Part shown: positions 7,877 to 12,059 of the stretch, in pieces
Layout of the letters: the number at the start of each line of letters is the position of its first letter
Numbering within the stretch: position 1 is the stretch's first letter
Made by a program: the position numbers and the translations under genes
NCBI GenBank assembly: GCA_964621445.1
Contig: CAZUNO010000049.1
Location: 1 to 12,059, forward strand
Direction of reading: 5' to 3'
Origin: Candidatus Hadarchaeota archaeon
GTDB lineage: Archaea; CAYQAE01; CAYVLA01
DNA length: 12,059 nt
Notes under the pieces: generated by a model
Databases searched by the model: none
Seen by the model: only the letters and a program-made list of their open reading frames with translations
Told to the model about the DNA's origin: nothing

Positions 7877-9375
7877 CTATCTTTCAGGTCTATGGTAAGC
7901 GGGCATGGAACCTTGCTCTCCCAACTGGAAGGCGTAGATGGTTGCTTTATGGAGGTGGAAGCGGAGCTTGACCACGTGTCCGATCCTCCCTCCCTGGTCA
8001 CTGATCTGGTCGCTGCCCCCGGTGAGTTCCTCGCGCCCCCAATGGAAGCGGAGCCTTCCCTCATGATCCCGGACCCGACATCGTTGGCGGTCCCAGCCCG
8101 GTATGACCCTTCCGTACTGGTCGAGTATCTCAGCCTGGATCCGACCTCCCTCATCGAGCTCCCCGTAAGCCTCGACCCCTCCGTCCCCGTAGTTACACAG
8201 GTAGCGGGTCTCCACCACCCCGTCAAACTCGGCTCGTAGGCCGCAAAGGTTCCTGCCCGGTATCCGGGCCACGCTTATTATGGATCTTCGCTCGTCCCCG
8301 TCAATTCGACCCCTCGGCATGCTTACACCGCCGATCCCATTCCTCGAGCGATCCGACCCGTGCTCCCGGTTGGTTCCCCGGTAGTAAAGCAGGAGATCCT
8401 GCTCACGCTCGATGAGAGCCATGGGAAATATCATTCGACTATCCGCGGCACCGTCAGGCCCTAAGGGAAGGAACTGGGCCCTGGGCATGGCCCGGTGGTA
8501 TTCCAACCCGTGGCGGGAGTAGACGAGCTCATTGGTCATCGGCGAGCACTCGGGGTTGTTGTGCATTACCCAGAGACAACCAACCCTCCAGCCATCCAAA
8601 CACGAAACCGTCATCCCGTAGAACTCGGTCCAATGGTCGTCCTCTGCATCCGGAGCCAGGAGCATTCTGGGGTGGGTCCAGTGGTCGAAGTCCTCGCTCT
8701 CCGAGTAGGCGATGAACCGTCTCTTGGGATGGGTTCGGGGTCTGAAGAAGGCCGCCCATCTCCCCCTGGCGGGATCGCGCTGGGGAAGAATGCAGTCACA
8801 ATCCGTGAGCTCATGGGTGCTCATCACCAGCTTGGGGTCCTCCCAGCTGAATCCATCCGGCGAATAGCTCACGCAGACTCCCCTCTCCCCGTCATCCCTA
8901 CCTTTAATCGAGGAGGTAACCGAATCGGCGAAACCCAGGGCCTTGTAACGCCGTCTACCGTCCGGTCCCGGGGGTCCTTCAGAATGTTGAAGAACGGGGT
9001 GTCGATATCCGGCGGCAGCTCCATCACGATATTGTTGTCAGAACTCCCCTGGAACCGGTACCTGCCGAGAGACTTCCGGGTCCAATGAATCCCGTTATCG
9101 CTCTCCGCGTAGCAGAGGAAGGACCGATCCTTTTCCTCTTGACTCTCATCGCCGCCCGCAACATCGGTAACCACGGTCTCCATGGCACGGGTCCGGTACC
9201 AGATTTTGAAGATCCCATCCTGCTCGTCGTATATCACCGATGCCCGACCCAGGCTCCCTGACTCCCAGGGTTTGGCAGGGGAAAGAATGGGTTTCCCCCG
9301 TTTAATCACCCGCCCTAAAACCCGGCGAACGCCGGATTTGCGCTCAATTATCTCGTCGTCGAAGAGTAACTCCAA
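7877..9375 (-). pseudogene. Five-bladed beta-propeller glycoside hydrolase-like gene (GH32/GH43/GH130 superfamily) interrupted by one -1 frameshift near 8962-8975; pseudogene, recoded gene or sequencing error
   Basis: Track ORFs 8869..9375 and 7877..8872 join into one 499-aa protein if one base is added near 8965 (span 1499 nt): ...NILKDP(RD)|PDGRRRYKALGFADS...GVCVSYSPDGFSW. Repeated Asp-box-like blades are present: YAESDNGIHW, SYSPDGFSW, SESEDFDHW and YSRHGLEY. TTG start at 9375 has AAGGGG 7 nt upstream. Confidence 0.8.
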
Positions 9376-9477
9376 GTTTGTGCCCCTTGGGCAGGGGCGC
9401 TTGTGAACCAGTTAATGCTTTGCATCGCGGAAAGAATATTTGATCTATAACTCTAGGTAATACCAGCAAGGACAGAA

Positions 9478-9491
9478 AAAATCTAGATTTT
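9478..9491. promoter_or_regulatory. Perfect 14-bp palindrome, candidate operator in a divergent promoter
   Basis: AAAATCTAGATTTT lies roughly midway between the divergent starts at 9375 (-) and 9573 (+). Confidence 0.35.
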
Positions 9492-9572
9492 AACCATCTC
9501 TCCCCTATTCCTATCTTCAGAAATATATCCCAGAATACCGGGAGGGAAAGACCCTCCGTGACACATATCTGT

Positions 9573-12059
9573 ATGGAAGCAACTGCCCAGATAATGACTA
9601 AACCCCATATAAAGCGAGATGGTAACAGGATAGAGCTCGTCTCACCGGACTTCGTTTACTGCGTAGATATCTCAAATGGTCTTCGGGCCGATCATTTGAT
9701 TAATTCAATTACCGGACGTAGACTAGATCTGGGAAATGAACTGGAACTGGACATCGACCTTGACGCGGCCCAGGAGCGGATATGGATCACAGGCTGGCGG
9801 ATCAAGTGCTCCAACCGCGAAAGATGTGATCCGGACCGGGAACCCGGATTTGTAGAGGGCCTCCACAGGCCCCAACTCCACGATGATGACTGGCAGGAGA
9901 GCTTGACGCCGGTCCCGGAATTTATTCACACCAATCCCGATGTGGAGGATCATTATTACTGGGCCAGGACCCACGTGTTCATTGCCAAACACGCAGCTAG
10001 CAGAGACCTTACCCTCCGTCTTGGTGGACTTGGTCTATACGATTTCTCCTATATGCGGATATTCATCAATGGCAAACCGGTCGGTGAGCGCCATGCCAAT
10101 TCCAGGTGGAACCGGCCTGGTTCGTTTTCCATTGGCCCCGGTTCCCAAGCCCATGAGCACCTGCGTTTCGGGCAGGACAACGTTATCGCCATGCAGGCCA
10201 CTGGATACCGGGCCCGTACGGAGCGTATGGAGGAGATCGACCCCGGCAGAACCCGTCATCTACCCCTGAAGGGACAGTGGACAGGGCAGTTCGAGCAGTA
10301 CCTGGTGGTAGGGGAGGATAGGTTCTCACCACGAATGGAGGTGGTGGACGTGAAAGAGACCGGAAATGATTCCCAGAGGGAGGTAGTCTTCCAGCTCTCG
10401 TCCCCCGACTCGCAAATTGAGGCCGAGGTTACTTACAGGTGGTGCTCAACTGAGCCGGTGCTGCACAGGTACGCCAGCATCAGCAATGGGGGTCAGGAGA
10501 GGGTTACCATCCTCAAAGTCAGGTTGGGAACCTACCTGACCGATATTCAGGTTTCCGAGGGTGAACAGGGCTTTCCCGCATATCTGGGGAACGAGATGTT
10601 CCTTGCCCTGGCCCACCCATCCGGCTGGGTGAGGGGCGAGCAGGGCACGGTCAGTCTTCAGCAATACCCGGGAAGGGAACTCCATCCCGGCAATTCCTTC
10701 CAGTGCATGGAGGCTGTTCTGGGCTTTGCCCCGGGGGGCGGTGCTCGCCAATGCTTCCTGTCACATGTGCGCGGGCGATGCCGCCGGGTCGCAAGGGGTC
10801 ACGACCGGTTATATGCAATCTTCGAGCCCTTCGGTGCTCGTGAAACGGAGGAATTCGAGGAAACCGAGGACTTCATACTGAACAACCTTGACAAGGTTGC
10901 CCAGGGCCAAAGGGAAGCTGGATGCGATTTCGACATCTACTCCATCGATTTCTGGGTCGACTGGCAGGGGGACCTGGAGCGTTTCGACCCCGAGCGCTTC
11001 CCCCACGGTTTCAAGAAAATCAGATCCAGATTGGAGGAGCTGGGAATACATCCCGGGCTGTGGATAGACAGCTCCAAGGGGAGCTGGACCATCGGTGGGA
11101 ACCCGGTGGTGGGGCCGGCATGGACCCATACGGGCGACTATCAACCAAAGATCAAGACCCTGTGCCGGGCCACCGAACCCGTCAAGACCATGTACTCTGA
11201 GGCGTTCAGACATCACATCAAGGAAAACGGAGTCAGGCTGCTGAAGTTCGACAATCTCTACCCCATATGCTACAACCCTAACCACCACCATCTACCGGGT
11301 ATCTACTCAACCGAGGCCATACAGAATTCGGTGATCGGTACCCTGCGGGATCTGGACTCGGAGTGCCCGGACGTATTCCTCATGCTGTACTGGGGGCATA
11401 GGTCCCCCTGGTGGTTGCTTTACGCGGACACAGTTTTCGAACCCGGCCTGGCAATTGAGGCCGCCTCTCCCAGCCCCTCTCCCGCCCCCTATGCCAGGGA
11501 CAGCGTTACCGTCGGCCTCGACCAGGCCCAGTGGTGGTGCCGGGATGTTCCCCCCATCGGCAAGGACTCACTGGGAATCTGGCTTTCCAACTGGTCCTGG
11601 AACAGCTCCATAGGCAAGGAGAGGTGGCAGGAGGGTTTCATCATGGACATGTGCCGGGGAAGCCTACTCGCCCAGCCCTGGAGCGATGAGGCATGGCTCT
11701 CCCCTCCGGAACGCCAACGGATGGCCGATTTCATCCAGCTGGTGAGGGACAACCAGGGGTGCTTCTCCAATCCGAAACCGGTTCTGGGAAATCCCTGGAA
11801 TCAAGACCCCTATGGCTACTGCTGCACGGACGGTGAAAGGGCGTTCGTGGCGGTTAACAACCCTACATGGGAGGACGCCGAGGTCGAACTGCAACTTAAC
11901 TCCAAGTGGGGTCTGGATGGCTCGGTAACCTACGAACTCTACCGGTGGTACCCCGACCAGGCCAGGTTGAGGGGTCGTTACAGGGAACTCTCCATGGCCA
12001 TGCGCCCGTTCCAGGTCGTTCTCCTGGAGGCCGTCCCCTCCGGGGATGAACCCTTGCTT
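9573..12059 (+). CDS. 3'-truncated GH27/GH36-like (clan GH-D, alpha-galactosidase-like) protein with an inserted galactose-binding-like jelly-roll domain
   Basis: Manually translated and open for 829 codons to the window edge (MEATAQIMTKPHIKRDGNRIELVSP...LLEAVPSGDEPLL). Motifs: DIYSIDFWVD, FDPERFPHGFKKI...LGIHPGLWI and GVRLLKFDN (K-x-D nucleophile motif). An alternative in-frame GTG start is at 9558. Absent from the ORF track. Confidence 0.85.
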   Translation, partial: MEATAQIMTKPHIKRDGNRIELVSPDFVYCVDISNGLRADHLINSITGRRLDLGNELELDIDLDAAQERIWITGWRIKCSNRERCDPDREPGFVEGLHRPQLHDDDWQESLTPVPEFIHTNPDVEDHYYWARTHVFIAKHAASRDLTLRLGGLGLYDFSYMRIFINGKPVGERHANSRWNRPGSFSIGPGSQAHEHLRFGQDNVIAMQATGYRARTERMEEIDPGRTRHLPLKGQWTGQFEQYLVVGEDRFSPRMEVVDVKETGNDSQREVVFQLSSPDSQIEAEVTYRWCSTEPVLHRYASISNGGQERVTILKVRLGTYLTDIQVSEGEQGFPAYLGNEMFLALAHPSGWVRGEQGTVSLQQYPGRELHPGNSFQCMEAVLGFAPGGGARQCFLSHVRGRCRRVARGHDRLYAIFEPFGARETEEFEETEDFILNNLDKVAQGQREAGCDFDIYSIDFWVDWQGDLERFDPERFPHGFKKIRSRLEELGIHPGLWIDSSKGSWTIGGNPVVGPAWTHTGDYQPKIKTLCRATEPVKTMYSEAFRHHIKENGVRLLKFDNLYPICYNPNHHHLPGIYSTEAIQNSVIGTLRDLDSECPDVFLMLYWGHRSPWWLLYADTVFEPGLAIEAASPSPSPAPYARDSVTVGLDQAQWWCRDVPPIGKDSLGIWLSNWSWNSSIGKERWQEGFIMDMCRGSLLAQPWSDEAWLSPPERQRMADFIQLVRDNQGCFSNPKPVLGNPWNQDPYGYCCTDGERAFVAVNNPTWEDAEVELQLNSKWGLDGSVTYELYRWYPDQARLRGRYRELSMAMRPFQVVLLEAVPSGDEPLL

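Noticed and set aside
8966-8972. CCCGGGA as a canonical -1 slippery heptamer
   Set aside because: It is out of phase with the 0-frame codons (CCC CGG GAC), and I see no convincing downstream stimulatory stem.
11463-11489. Tandem CCTCTCCC repeat
   Set aside because: It encodes a SPSPSPAP peptide. Two short copies do not make an array.
9723-11894. Several short track ORFs on both strands
   Set aside because: All lie within the long + strand GH36-like frame 9573..>12059.

Overview
A GC-rich prokaryotic window that is almost entirely a carbohydrate-degradation island. It starts with the 3' end of a C-terminally membrane-anchored protein (<3..575). Five large, apparently cytoplasmic glycoside hydrolase (GH) or GH-like genes follow: a GH67/GH20-N-domain TIM-barrel protein (-), a GH95 alpha-L-fucosidase/galactosidase (-), a DUF6259-like barrel protein (+), a five-bladed beta-propeller GH split by a single -1 frameshift (-), and a GH27/GH36-like clan GH-D protein (+, 9573..>12059). 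The last gene is missing from the ORF track because it runs off the edge. Frequent AGG/AGA and ATA codons at high GC, plus TATA-like AT tracts, hint at an archaeal host (inference only). No transporter, regulator, RNA gene, CRISPR array or mobile element is visible. Most notable are the frameshifted propeller gene, altered catalytic residues in the GH95, a shared Cys/His motif beside the predicted beta-4 Asp in three barrels, and several structured intergenic elements. All family calls are from motif recognition, not database searches.
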